NCBI RefSeq assembly: GCF_009914755.1
Contig: NC_060944.1
Source: the human T2T-CHM13v2.0 reference genome, Homo sapiens
Direction: 5' to 3' (one strand)
Length of the DNA: 64,000 nucleotides
Both the position numbers and the translations under genes were made by a program. The notes under the pieces are model-generated. The model worked only from the letters and a program-made list of their open reading frames with translations, searched no databases and had not been told where the DNA came from. Positions 52,201 to 64,000 of this stretch are shown in pieces (within the stretch, counting starts at the first letter, position 1; every line of letters starts with the position of its first letter).

Positions 52201-55200
52201 ATTCAACTCACAGAGTGGAAACTTTCTTTTGATAGAGCAGATTGGAAGCCCTCTTTTTGAAGAATTTGCAGGTGGATATCTGGACAGCTTTGAGGCCTTC
52301 CCTGGAAACGAGTGTATCTTCACATAAACACTAGACAGAAGCATCCTCAGAAACTTGTTGGTGATGCTTGCATTCAACTCACAGAATTGAACATTAATTT
52401 TCCTAGAGCAGTTTTGAAACACTCTTTTTGTAGTATCTGGAAGTGGACATTTGGAGCACTTTGAGGCCTAGGGTGAAAAAGGAAATAGCTTCACATAAAA
52501 ACTAGACAGAAGCATTCTTCAAACTTCTTTGTGAAGTGTGTACTCAACTCACAGAGTTGAACTTTTCTTCTCATAGATCAGATTTGAAACCCTCTTTTTG
52601 TAGAGTCTGCAAGTGCATATTTGGATAGCTTTGAGGATTTCATTGGACACGGGAATATCTTCCCATAAAAACTAGAAAGAAGCATTCTCAGAAACTTCTT
52701 TGTGATGCTTGCATTCAACTCACAGAGTTGAACATTCCCTTTCATACAGCAGTTTGGAAACACTCTTTTTCTAGAATCTGGAATTGGACCTTTGGAGCGC
52801 TTTGACGCCTAGGGTGAAAAAGGAAATATCCTCACCTAAGAATTAGACAGAAGTATTCTCAGAAACTTCTTTGTGATGTGTGTAGTCAACTCACAGAGTT
52901 GAACCTTTCTTTTGATACAGCAGTTTTGAAACACTCTTTTTGTAGAATCTGCTAGTGGTTATTTTGATAGCTTTGAGGCTTTGATTGGAAACGGGAATAT
53001 CTTCACATAAAAACTAGACAGAAGCATTCTCAGAAACTTCTTTATGAAGTTTGCATTCAACTCACACAGTTGAACTTTCCGTTCTATACAGCAGATTTGA
53101 AACTCTCTTTTTCTAGAATCTGTAAGTGGAAACTTGGAGCGCTTCGAGGCCTATGGTGAAAAAGGGAATATCTTCCCATAAAAAGTAGACAGAATAATTC
53201 TCAGTAACTACTTTGTGATGTGTGTACTCAACTCACAGAGTTGAACTTTTCTTTAGAAAGAGAAGTTTTGAAACACTCTTTTTGTAGCATCTGCAATTGG
53301 GTATGTAGGCTGCTTTGAGGCCTTCATTGGAAACGGGAATATCTTCACATAAAACTAGACAGAAGCATTCTCAGAAACTACGTTGTGATGTGTGCATTCA
53401 ACTCCCAGAGTTGAACCTCTCTTTTGATAGAGCAGTTCTGAAACAATCTTTTTGTGGTATCTGGAAGTGGACGTTTGGAGCGATTCGAGGCCTATGGTGA
53501 AAAAGGCAATATCTTCACCTAAAAACTAGACAGAAGCATTCTCAGAAACTGCTTTGTGATATGTGTAGTCAACTCACGGAGTTGAAACTTTGTTTTGATG
53601 CAGCAGTTTTGAAACACTGTGTTTGTTAGAATCTTCAAGTGGATATTTGGATAGCTTTGAGGCTTTCATTGGAAACGGGAATATCTACACATAAGAACTA
53701 GACAGAAGCATTCTCAGAAAGTTCTTTATGAAGTTCGCATTCAACTCACAGAGTTGTACCTTCCTTTTCACACAGCAGTTTTGAGACATTCTTTTTGTAG
53801 AATCTGCAAGTGGACATTTGGAGTGATTTGAGACATAGGGTGAAAAAGGAATAACTTCCCATTAAAAGTAGACAGAAACATTCTCAGAAACGACTTTCCG
53901 ATTTGTGTATTCAACTCACAGAGTTAAACCTTTCCTTTGATACAGCCGTTTTTTAAACACTCTTCTTGTAGAATTTACAAGCGGATATAAGGATAGCAGT
54001 GAGGATTTCATCGGAAACGGAATATCTTCACATAAAAGTAGACAGAAGCATTCTCAGAAAGTTCTTTGTAATGTGTGCATTCAACTCACAGAGTTGAAAC
54101 TTTCTTTTGATAGAGCAGATTGGAAGCCCTCTTTTTGAAGAATTTGCAGGTGGATATCTGGACAGCTTTGAGGCCTTCCCGGGAAACTAGTGCATCTTCA
54201 CATAAACACTAGACAGAAGCATCCTCAGAAACTTGTTGGTGATGCTTGCATTCAACTCACGGAATTGAATATTTCTTTTCCTAGAGCAGTTTTGAAACAC
54301 TCTTTTTGTAGTATCTGGAAGTGGACATTTGGAGCAGTTTGAGGCCTAGGGTGAAAAAGGAAATAGCTTCACATAAAAACTAGACAGAAGCATTCTCTGA
54401 AACTTCTTTGTGATGTGTGTACTCAACTCACAGAGTTGAACTTTTCTTCTCATAGATCAGATTTGAAACCCTCTTTTTGTAGAGTCTGCAAGTGCATAAT
54501 TGGATAGCTTTGAGGATTTCATTGGAAACGGGAATATCTTCCCATAAAAACTAGAAAGAAGCATTCTCAGAAACTTCTTTGTGATGCTTGCATTCAACTC
54601 AAAGACTTGAACATTCCCTTTCATACAGCAGTTTGGAAACACTCTTTTTCTAGAATCTGGAAGTGGACTTTTGGAGCGCTTTGAGGCCTAGGATGAAAAA
54701 GGAAATATCCTCACCTAAGAACTAGACAGAAGCATTCTCAGAAGCTTCTTTGTGATGTGTGTAGTCAACTGACAGATTTGAACCTTTCTTTTGATACCGC
54801 AGTTTTGAAACACTCTTTTTGTAGAATCTGCAAGTGGTTATTTTGATAGCTTTGAGGCTTTGATTGGAAACGGGAGTATCTTCACATAAAAACTAGACAG
54901 AAGCATTCTCAGAAACTTCTTTATGAAGTTTGCATTCAACTCACAGAGTTGAACTTTCCGTTCCATACAGCAGTTTTGAAACTCTCTTTTTGTAGAATCT
55001 GTAAGTGGAAACTTGGAGCGCTTCGAGGCCTATGGTGAAAAAGGGAATATCTTCCCATAAAAAGTAGACAGAAGAATTCTCAGTAACTACTGTGTGATGT
55101 GTGTACTCAACTCACAGAGTTGAACTTTTCTTTAGAAAGAGAAGTTTTGAAACACTCTTTTTGTAGAATCTGCAAATGGGTATTTAGCCTGCTTTGAGGT

Positions 55201-56951
55201 CTTCATTGGAAACGGGAATATCTTCACATAAAACTAGACAGAAGCATTCTCAGAAACTTCGTTGTGATTTGTGCATTCAACTCGCAGAATTGAACCTCTC
55301 TTTTGATAGAGCAGTTCGGAAACAATCTTTTTGTGGTAACTGGAAGTGGACGTTTGGAGCGATTCGAGACCTATGGTGAAAAAGGCAATATCTTCACCTA
55401 AAAACTAGACAGAAGCATTCTCAGAAACTGCATTGTGATATGTGTAGTCGAGCCACGGAGTTGAAACTTGGTTTTGATGCAGCAGTTTTGAAACACTCTT
55501 TTTGTTAGAATCTTCAAGTGGATATTTGGATAGCTTTGAGGCTTTCATTGGAAACGGGAATATCTACACATAAGAACTAGACAGAAGCATTCTCAGAAAG
55601 TTCTTTATGAAGTTCGCATTCAACTCACAGAGTTGTACCTTCCTTTTCACACAGCAGTTTTGAGACATTCTTTTTGTAGAATCTGCAAGTGGACATTTGG
55701 AGTGATTTGAGACATAGGGTGAAAACGGAATATCTTCCCATAAAAAGTAGACAGAAGCATTCTCAGAAACGACTTTCTGATTTGTGTACTCAACTCACAG
55801 AGTTAAACCTTTCCTTTGATACAGCAGTTCGGAAACACTCTTCTTGTAGACTTTACAAGCGGATATAAGGACAGCAGTGAGGATTTCATCGGATACGGAA
55901 TATCTTCACATAAAAGTAGACAGAAGCATTCTCAGAAAGTTCTTTGTAATGTGTGCATTCAACTCACAGAGTTGAAAGTTTCTTTTGATACACCAGATTG
56001 GAAGCCTTCTTTTGGTAGAATTTGCAAGTGGATATCTGGACAGCTTTGAGGCCTTCCATGCAAACGAGTGTATCTTCACATAAACACTAGACAGAAGCAA
56101 CCTCAGAAACTTGTTGGTGATGCTTGCATTCAACTCAGAGAATTGAACGTTTCTTTTCCTAGAGTTTTTTTGAAACACTCTTTTTGTAGTATCTGGAAGT
56201 GGACATTTGGAGCACTTTGAGGCCTAGGGTGAAAAAGGAAATATCTTCACATAAAACTAGACAGAAGCATTCTCTGAAACTTCTTTGTGATGTGTGTACT
56301 CAACTCACAGAGTTGAACTTTTCTTCTCATAGACCAGATTTGAAACCCTCTTTTTGTAGAGTCTGCAATTTCATATTTGGATAGCTTTGAGGATTTCATT
56401 GGAAACGGGAATATCTTCCCATAAAAACTAGAAAGAAGCATTCTCAGAAACTTCTTTGTGATGCTTGCATTCAACACACAGAGTTGAACATTCCCTTTCA
56501 TACAGCAGTTTTGAAACACTCTTTTTGTAGTATCTAGAAGTGGACCTTTGGAGCGCTTTGAGGCCTAGGGTGAAAAAGGAAATACCCTCACCTAAAAAGT
56601 AGACAGAAGCATTCTCAGAAACTTCTTAGTGATGTGTGTAGTCAACTCACAGAGTTTAACCATTCTTTTGATACAGCAGTTTTGAAACACTCTTTTTGTA
56701 GAATCTGCAAGTGGTTATTTTGATAGCTTTGAGGCTTTGATTGGAAACGGTAATATCTTCACATAAAAACTAGACAGAAGCATTCTCAGAAACTTCTTTA
56801 TGCAGTTTGCATTCAACTCACAGAGTTGAACTTTCCGTTCCATACAGCAGTTTTGAAACTCTCTTTTTCTAGAATCTGTAAGTGGAAACTTGGAGCGCTT
56901 CGAGGCCTATGGTGAAAAAGGGAATATCTTCCCATAAAAAGTACACAGAAG

Positions 56952-58316
56952 AATGCTCAGTAACTACTTTGTGATGTGTGTACTCAACTCACAGAGTTGA
57001 ACTTTTCTTTTGAAAGAGAAGTATTGAAACACTCTTTTTGTAGAATCTGCAAATGGGTATTTAGCCTGCTTTGAGGCCTTCATTGGAAACGGGAATATCT
57101 TCACATAAAACTAGACAGAAGCATTCTCAGAAACTTCGTTGTGATGTGTGCATTCAACTCCCAGAGTTGAACCTCTCTTTTGATAGAGCAGTTCTGAAAC
57201 AATCTTTTTGTGGTATCTGGAAGTGGACGTTTGGAGCGATTCGAGGCCTATGGTGAAAAAGGCAATATCTTCACCTAAAAACTAGACAGAAGCATCCTCA
57301 GAAACTGCTTTGTGATATGTGTAGTCAAGTCACGGAGTTGAAACTTGGTTTTGATGCAGCAGTTTTGAAACACTCTTTTTGTTAGAATCTTCAAGTGGAT
57401 ATTTGGATAGCTTTGAGGCTTTCATTGGAAAGGGGAATGTCTACACATAAGAACTAGAGAGAAGCATTCTCAGAAAGTTCTTTATGAAGTTCGCATTCAA
57501 CTCACAGAGTTGTACCTTCCTTTTCACACAGCAGTTTTGAGACATTCTTTTTGTAGAATCTGCAAGTGGACATTTGGAGTGATTTGAGACATAGGGTGAA
57601 AAAGGAATATCTTCCCATAAAAAGTCGACAGAAGCATTCTCAGAAACGACTTTCTGATTTGTGTACTCAACTCACAGAGTTAACCCTTTCCTTTGATACA
57701 GCAGTTTGGAAACACTCTTCTTGTAGAGTTTACAAGCGGATATAAGGACAGCAGTGAGGATTTCATCGGAAACGGAATATCTTCACATAAAAGTAGACAG
57801 AAGCATTCTCAGAAAGTTCTGTCTAATGTGTGCATTCAACTCACAGAGCTGAAACTTTCTTTTGATAGAGCAGATTGGAATCCCTCTTTTTGTAGAATTT
57901 GCAAGTGGATATCTGGACAGCTTTGAGGCCTTCCCTGGAAACGAGTGTATCTTCACATAAACACTAGACAGAAGCATCCTCAGAAACTTGTTGGTGATGC
58001 TTGCATTCAACTCACAGAATTGAACATTTCTTTTCCTAGAGCAGTTTTGAAACACTCTTTTTGTAGTATCTGGAAGTGGACATTTGGAGCACTTTGAGGC
58101 CTAGGGTGAAAAAGAATATAGCTTCACATAAAAACTAGACAGAAGCATTCTCAGAAACTTCTTTATGAAGTTTGCATTCAACTCACAGAGTTGAACTTTC
58201 CGTTCCATACAGCAGTTTTGAAACTCTCTTTTTCTAGAATATTTAAGTGGAAACTTGGAGCGCTTCGAGGCCTATGGTGAAAAAGGGAATATCTTCCCAT
58301 AAAAAGTAGACAGAAG
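56952..58316 (+). repeat. 8-mer HOR variant, chimeric between two haplotype domains
   Basis: Spacing 57693->59057 = 1364 bp; M7->M11 junction at 58122-58152. Confidence 0.92.
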
Positions 58317-60877
58317 AATGCTCAGTAACTACATTGTGATGTGTGTAATCAACTCACAGAGTTGAACTTTTCTTTTGAAAGAGAAGATTTGAAACACTCT
58401 TTTTGTAGAATCTGCAAATGGATATTTAGCCTGCCTTCAGGCCTTCATTGGAAACGGGAATATCTTCACATAAAACTAGACAGAAGCATTCTCAGAAACT
58501 TCGTTGTGATGTGTGCATTCAACTCCCAGAGTTGAACCTCTCTTTTGATAGAGCAGTTCTGAAACAATCTTTTTGTGGTATCTGGAAGTGGACGTTTGGA
58601 GCGATTCGAGTCCTATGGTGAAAAAGGCAGTATCTTCACCTAAAAACTAGACAGAAGCATTCTCAGAAACTGCTTTGTGATATATGTAGTCAACTCACGG
58701 AGTTGAAACTTGGTTTTGATGTAGCAGTTTTGAAACACTCTTTTTGTTAGAATCTTCAAGTGGATATTTGGATAGCTTTGAGGCTTTCATTGGAAACGAG
58801 AATATCTACACATAACAAATAGACAGAAGCATTCTCAGAAAGTTCTTTATGAAGTTCGCATTGAACTCACAGAGTTGTACCTTCCTTTTCACACAGCAGT
58901 TTTGAGACATTATTTTGTAGAATCTGCAAGTGGACATTAGGAGTTATTTGAGACATAGGGTGAAAAAGGAATATCTTCCCATAAAAAGTCGACAGAAGCA
59001 TTCTCAGAAACGACTTTCTGATTTGTGTACTCAACTCACAGAGTTAAACCTTTCCTTTGATACAACAGTTCGGAAACACACTTCTTGTAGACTTTACAAG
59101 CGGATATAATGACAGCAGTGAGGATTTCATCGGAAACGGAATATCTTCACATAAAAGTAGACAGAAGCATTCGCAGAAAGTTCTTTGTAATGTGTGCATT
59201 CAACTCACAGAGTTGAAACTTTCTTTTGATAGAGCAGATTGGAAGACCTCTTTCTGTAGAATTTGAAAGTGGATATCTGGACAGCTTTGAGGCCTTCCCT
59301 GGAAACGAGTGTATCTTCATATAAACACTAGACAGAAGCATCCTCAGAAACTTGTTGGTGATGCTTGCATTCAACTCACAGAATTGAACATTTCCTTTCC
59401 TAGAGCAGTTTTGAAACACTGTTTTTGTAGTATCTGGAAGTGGACATTTGGAGCACTTTGAGGCCTAGGGTGAAAAAGGAAATATCTTCACATAAAAACT
59501 AGACAGAAGCATTCTCTTAAACTTCTTTGTGATGTGTGTACTCAACTCACAGAGTTGAACTTTTCTTCTCATAGATCAGATTTGAAACCCTCTTTTAGTA
59601 GAGAATGCAAGTGCATATTTGGATAGCTTTGAGGATTTCACTGGAAACGGGAATATCTTCCCATAAAAACTAGAAAGAAGCATTCTCAGAAACTTCTTTG
59701 TGATGCTTGCATTCAACACACAGAGTTGAACATTCCCTTTCATACAGCAGTTTTGAAACACTCTTTTTGTAGTATCTGTAAGTGGACCTTTGGAGCGCTT
59801 TGAGGCCTATGGTGAAAAAGGAAATACCCTCACCTAAAAAGTAGACCGAAGCATTCTCAGAAACTTCTTTGTGATGTGTGTGGTAAACTCACAGAGTTGA
59901 ACCTTTCTTTTGATACAGCACTTTTGAAACACTCTTTTTGTAGAATCTGCAAGTGGTTATTTTGATAGCTTTGAGGCTCTCATTGGAAACGGGAATATCT
60001 TCACATAAAAACTAGACAGAAGCATTCTCAGAAACTTCTTTATGAAGTTTGCATTCAACACACAGAGTTGAACATTCCGTTCCATACAGCAGTTTTGAAA
60101 CTCTCTTTTTCTAGAATCTGTAAGTGGAAACTTGGAGCACTTCGAGGCCTATGGTGAAAAAGGGAATATCTTCCCATAAAAAGTAGACAGAAGAATTCTC
60201 AGTAACTGCTTTGTGATGTGTGTACTCAACTCACAGAGTTGAACTTTTCTTCTCATAGATCAGATTTGAAACCCTCTTTTTGTAGAGTCTGGAAGTGCAT
60301 ATTTGGATAGCTTTGAGGATTTCATTGGAAACGGGAATATCTTCCCATAAAAACTAGAAAGAAGGATTCTCAGAAACTTCTTTGTGATGCTTGCATTCAA
60401 CTCACAGAGTTGAACATTCCCGTTCATACCGCAGTTTTGAAACACTCTTTTTGTAGTATCTGGAAGTGGACCTTTGGAGCGCTCTGAGGCCTAGGGTGAA
60501 AAAGGAAATATCCTCACCTAAAAACTAGACAGAAGTATTCTCAGAAACTTCTTTGTGATGTGTGTAGTCAACTCACAGAGTTGAACCTTTCTTTTGATAC
60601 AGCAGTTTTGAAACACTCTTTTTGTAGAATCTGCAAGTGGTTATTTTGATAGCTTTGAGGCTTTCATTGGAAACGGGAATATCTTCACATAAAAACTAGA
60701 CAGAAGCATTCTCAGAAACTTCTTTATGAAGTTTGCATTCAACTCACAGAGTTGAACTTTCCGTTCCATACAGCAGTTTTGAAACTCTCTTTTTCTAGAA
60801 TCTGTAAGTGGAAACTTGGAGTGCTTCGAGGCCTATGGTGAAAAAGGGAATATCTTCCCATAAAAAGTAGACAGAAG
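58317..60877 (+). repeat. 15-mer HOR variant
   Basis: Spacing 59057->61619 = 2562 bp; hybrid M1/M8 monomer at 60194. Confidence 0.92.
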
Positions 60878-62242
60878 AATTCTCAGTAACTACTTTGTGA
60901 TGTGTGTACTCAACTCACAGGGTTGAACTTTTCCTTTGAAAGAGAAGTTTTGAAACACCCTTTCTGTAGAATCTGCAAATGGGTATGTAGCCTGCTTTGA
61001 GGCCTTCATTGGAAACGGGAATATCTTTACATAAAACTAGACAGAAGCATTCTCAGAAACTTCATTGTCATGTGTGCATTCAACTCCCAGAGTTGAACCT
61101 CTCTTTTGATAGAGCAGTTCTGAAACAATCTTTTTGTGGTATCTGGAAGTGGAGGTTTGGAGCGATTCGAGGCCTATGGTGAAAAAGGCAATATCTTCAC
61201 CTAAAAACTAGACAGAAGCATTCTCAGAAACTGCTTTGTGATTTGTGTAGTCAACTCACGGAGTTGAAACTTTGTTTTGATGCAGCAGTTTTGAAACACT
61301 CTTTTTGTTAGAATCTTCAAGTGGATATTTGGATAGCTTTGAGGCTTTCATTGGAAACGGGAATATCTACACATAAGAACTAGACAGAAACATTCTCAGA
61401 AAGTTCTTTATGAAGTTCGCATTCAACTCACAGAGTTGTACCTTCCTTTTCACACAGTAGTTTTGAGACATTCTTTTTGAAGAATCTGCCAGTGGACATT
61501 TGGAGTGATTTGAGACATAGGGTGAAAAAGGAATATCTTCCCATAAAAAGTAGACAGAAGCATTCTCAATAAAGACTTTCTGATTTGTGTACTCAACTCA
61601 CAGAGTTAAACCTTTCCTTTGATACAGCAGTTTGGAAACACTCTTCTTGTAGAATTTACAAGCGGATATAAGGACAGCAGTGAGGATTTCATCGGAAACG
61701 GAATATCTTCACATAAAAGTAGACAGAAGCATTCTCAGAAAGTTCTGTCTAATGTGTGCATTCAACTCACAGAGCTGAAACTTTCTTTTGATAGAGCAGA
61801 TTGGAATCCCTCTTTTTGTAGAATTTGCAAGTGGATATCTGGACAGCTTTGAGGCCTTCCCTGGAAACGAGTGTATCTTCACATAAACACTAGACAGAAG
61901 CATCCTCAGAAACTTGTTGGTGATGCTTGCATTCAACTCACAGAATTGAACATTTCTTTTCCTAGAGCAGTTTTGAAACACTCTTTTTGTAGTATCTGGA
62001 AGTGGACATTTGGAGCACTTTGAGGCCTAGGGTGAAAAAGAATATAGCTTCACATAAAAACTAGACAGAAGCATTCTCAGAAACTTCTTTATGAAGTTTG
62101 CATTCAACTCACAGAGTTGAACTTTCCGTTCCATACAGCAGTTTTGAAACTCTCTTTTTCTAGAATATTTAAGTGGAAACTTGGAGCGCTTCGAGGCCTA
62201 TGGTGAAAAAGGGAATATCTTCCCATAAAAAGTAGACAGAAG
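60878..62242 (+). repeat. 8-mer HOR variant
   Basis: Spacing 60997->62362 = 1365 bp; M7->M11 junction at 62048-62078. Confidence 0.92.
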
Positions 62243-64000
62243 AATGCTCAGTAACTACATTGTGATGTGTGTAATCAACTCACAGAGTTGAACTTTTCTT
62301 TTGAAAGAGAAGATTTGAAACACTCTTTTTGTAGAATCTGCAAATGGATATTTAGCCTGCCTTGAGGCCTTCATTGGAAACGGGAATATCTTCACATAAA
62401 ACTAGACAGAAGCATTCTCAGAAGCTTCGTTGTGATGTGTGCATTCAACTCCCAGAGTTGAACCTCTCTTTTGATAGAGCAGTTCTGAAACAATCTTTTT
62501 GTGGTATCTGGAAGTGGACGTTTGGAGCGATTCGAGTCCTATGGTGAAAAAGGCAGTATCTTCACCTAAAAACTAGACAGAAGCATTCTCAGAAACTGCA
62601 TTGTGATATGTGTAGTCGAGCCACGGAGTTGAAACTTGGTTTTGATGCAGCAGTTTTGAAACACTCTTTTTGTTAGAATCTTCAAGTGGATATTTGGATA
62701 GCTTTGAGGCTTTCATTGGAAACGGGAATATCTACACATAAGAACTAGACAGAAGCATTCTCAGAAAGTTCTTTATGAAGTTCGCATTCAACTCACAGAG
62801 TTGTACCTTCCTTTTCACACAGCAGTTTTGAGACATTCTTTTTGTAGAATCTGCAAGTGGACATTTGGAGTGATTTGAGACATAGGGTGAAAACGGAATA
62901 TCTTCCCATAAAAAGTAGACAGAAGCATTCTCAGAAACGACTTTCTGATTTGTGTACTCAACTCACAGAGTTAAACCTTTCCTTTGATACAGCAGTTCGG
63001 AAACACTCTTCTTGTAGACTTTACAAGCGGATATAAGGACAGCAGTGAGGATTTCATCGGATACGGAATATCTTCACATAAAAGTAGACAGAAGCATTCT
63101 CAGAAAGTTCTTTGTAATGTGTGCATTCAACTCACAGAGTTGAAAGTTTCTTTTGATACACCAGATTGGAAGCCTTCTTTTGGTAGAATTTGCAAGTGGA
63201 TATCTGGACAGCTTTGAGGCCTTCCATGCAAACGAGTGTATCTTCACATAAACACTAGACAGAAGCAACCTCAGAAACTTGTTGGTGATGCTTGCATTCA
63301 ACTCAGAGAATTGAACGTTTCTTTTCCTAGAGTTTTTTTGAAACACTCTTTTTGTAGTATCTGGAAGTGGACATTTGGAGCACTTTGAGGCCTAGGGTGA
63401 AAAAGGAAATATCTTCACATAAAACTAGACAGAAGCATTCTCTGAAACTTCTTTGTGATGTGTGTACTCAACTCACAGAGTTGAACTTTTCTTCTCATAG
63501 ACCAGATTTGAAACCCTCTTTTTGTAGAGTCTGCAATTTCATATTTGGATAGCTTTGAGGATTTCATTGGAAACGGGAATATCTTCCCATAAAAACTAGA
63601 AAGAAGCATTCTCAGAAACTTCTTTGTGATGCTTGCATTCAACACACAGAGTTGAACATTCCCTTTCATACAGCAGTTTTGAAACACTCTTTTTGTAGTA
63701 TCTAGAAGTGGACCTTTGGAGCGCTTTGAGGCCTAGGGTGAAAAAGGAAATACCCTCACCTAAAAAGTAGACAGAAGCATTCTCAGAAACTTCTTAGTGA
63801 TGTGTGTAGTCAACTCACAGAGTTTAACCATTCTTTTGATACAGCAGTTTTGAAACACTCTTTTTGTAGAATCTGCAAGTGGTTATTTTGATAGCTTTGA
63901 GGCTTTGATTGGAAACGGTAATATCTTCACATAAAAACTAGACAGAAGCATTCTCAGAAACTTCTTTATGCAGTTTGCATTCAACTCACAGAGTTGAACT
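62243..64000 (+). repeat. Partial HOR (M1 to start of M11), chimeric, cut by the window end
   Basis: M1-M2 carry left-domain alleles. From ~62600 the sequence matches 55432 onward. Confidence 0.88.

Larger units (their letters stand above)
25043..56951 (+). repeat. Run of 17 consecutive canonical 11-mer HORs
   Basis: M1 starts at ~25043, 26921, 28799, 30675, 32552, 34429, 36305, 38183, 40060, 41936, 43814, 45690, 47568, 49444, 51319, 53196 and 55075 (1875-1879 bp steps). Confidence 0.93.
1..64000 (+). repeat. Primate centromeric alpha satellite array, ~171-bp monomers, 11-mer HOR (~1877 bp) with 8-mer and 15-mer structural variants
   Basis: Hallmark alphoid motifs (agacagaagcattctcagaaact, caactcacagagttgaac, gcagttttgaaacactctttttgtag) recur every ~171 bp across the window. 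Near-identical ORF-track entries recur at 1877/1878, 1365 and 2561/2562 bp (11, 8 and 15 monomers). Monomers resemble SF2 D1/D2 consensus as I recall it (ggatagctttgaggatttc.ttggaaacggga; aacattccctttcata...gtagtatctggaagtggac). The family assignment is less certain than the alpha-satellite call. Confidence 0.99.

Noticed and set aside
239-63687. All 61-127 aa ORFs in the track (MRPSLETG..., MIQQFGNT..., MFQNCSRK..., MFQNCCMK...)
   Set aside because: They are translations of alpha-satellite monomers recurring with HOR period on both strands. Many use non-ATG starts, and they are freely broken by stops and frameshifts between copies. No recognisable domains. Used only as position markers.
1-64000. 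CRISPR-like array of conserved repeats with variable spacers
   Set aside because: The intervening sequences are homologous parts of 171-bp monomers, not unique spacers. No cas genes or leader.
1-64000. L1/Alu or other mobile element insertion, or an inversion
   Set aside because: The monomer period and orientation are unbroken throughout. No poly(A) tail, GC-rich Alu body or non-alphoid segment seen.
1-64000. Assignment to an active 11-mer array (D15Z3, D8Z2, D13Z1/D21Z1) based on 11/15/8-mer sizes
   Set aside because: Those active SF2 arrays are rich in intact CENP-B boxes, unlike this one. Chromosome and species cannot be fixed without a database search.

Overview
The whole 64 kb is one uninterrupted, head-to-tail array of primate centromeric alpha satellite (~171-bp monomers, ~375 copies, one orientation). 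I see no genes, RNA genes, transposon insertions, inversions or CRISPR arrays. All ORFs in the track are periodic translations of the satellite. The array is built on an 11-monomer higher-order repeat (HOR, ~1877 bp; I label monomers M1-M11 from position 120; box order B-A-B-A-B-B-A-B-A-B-A). The monomers resemble the dimeric D1/D2 (SF2/SF02-like) type. HOR units start at about 120, 2681, 4559, 6436, 7801, 10362, 12239, 13604, 16165, 18043, 20604, 22481, 25043, then every ~1877 bp to 55075, then 56952, 58317, 60878 and 62243. Sizes in monomers run 15,11,11,8,15,11,8,15,11,15,11,15,(11 x17),8,15,8,(partial). Almost every CENP-B box position is broken (TTCG->TTCA). By eye I find only three intact boxes, exactly 5631 bp apart. 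I found no new protein-coding system. The interesting content is the readable recombination history: 15-mer and 8-mer variants with junctions in short identical tracts, nested multi-HOR duplications (5803, 5631, 7168, 17923 bp), haplotype domains and short conversion-like patches. All comparisons were made by eye plus ORF-track spacings and need alignment to confirm.
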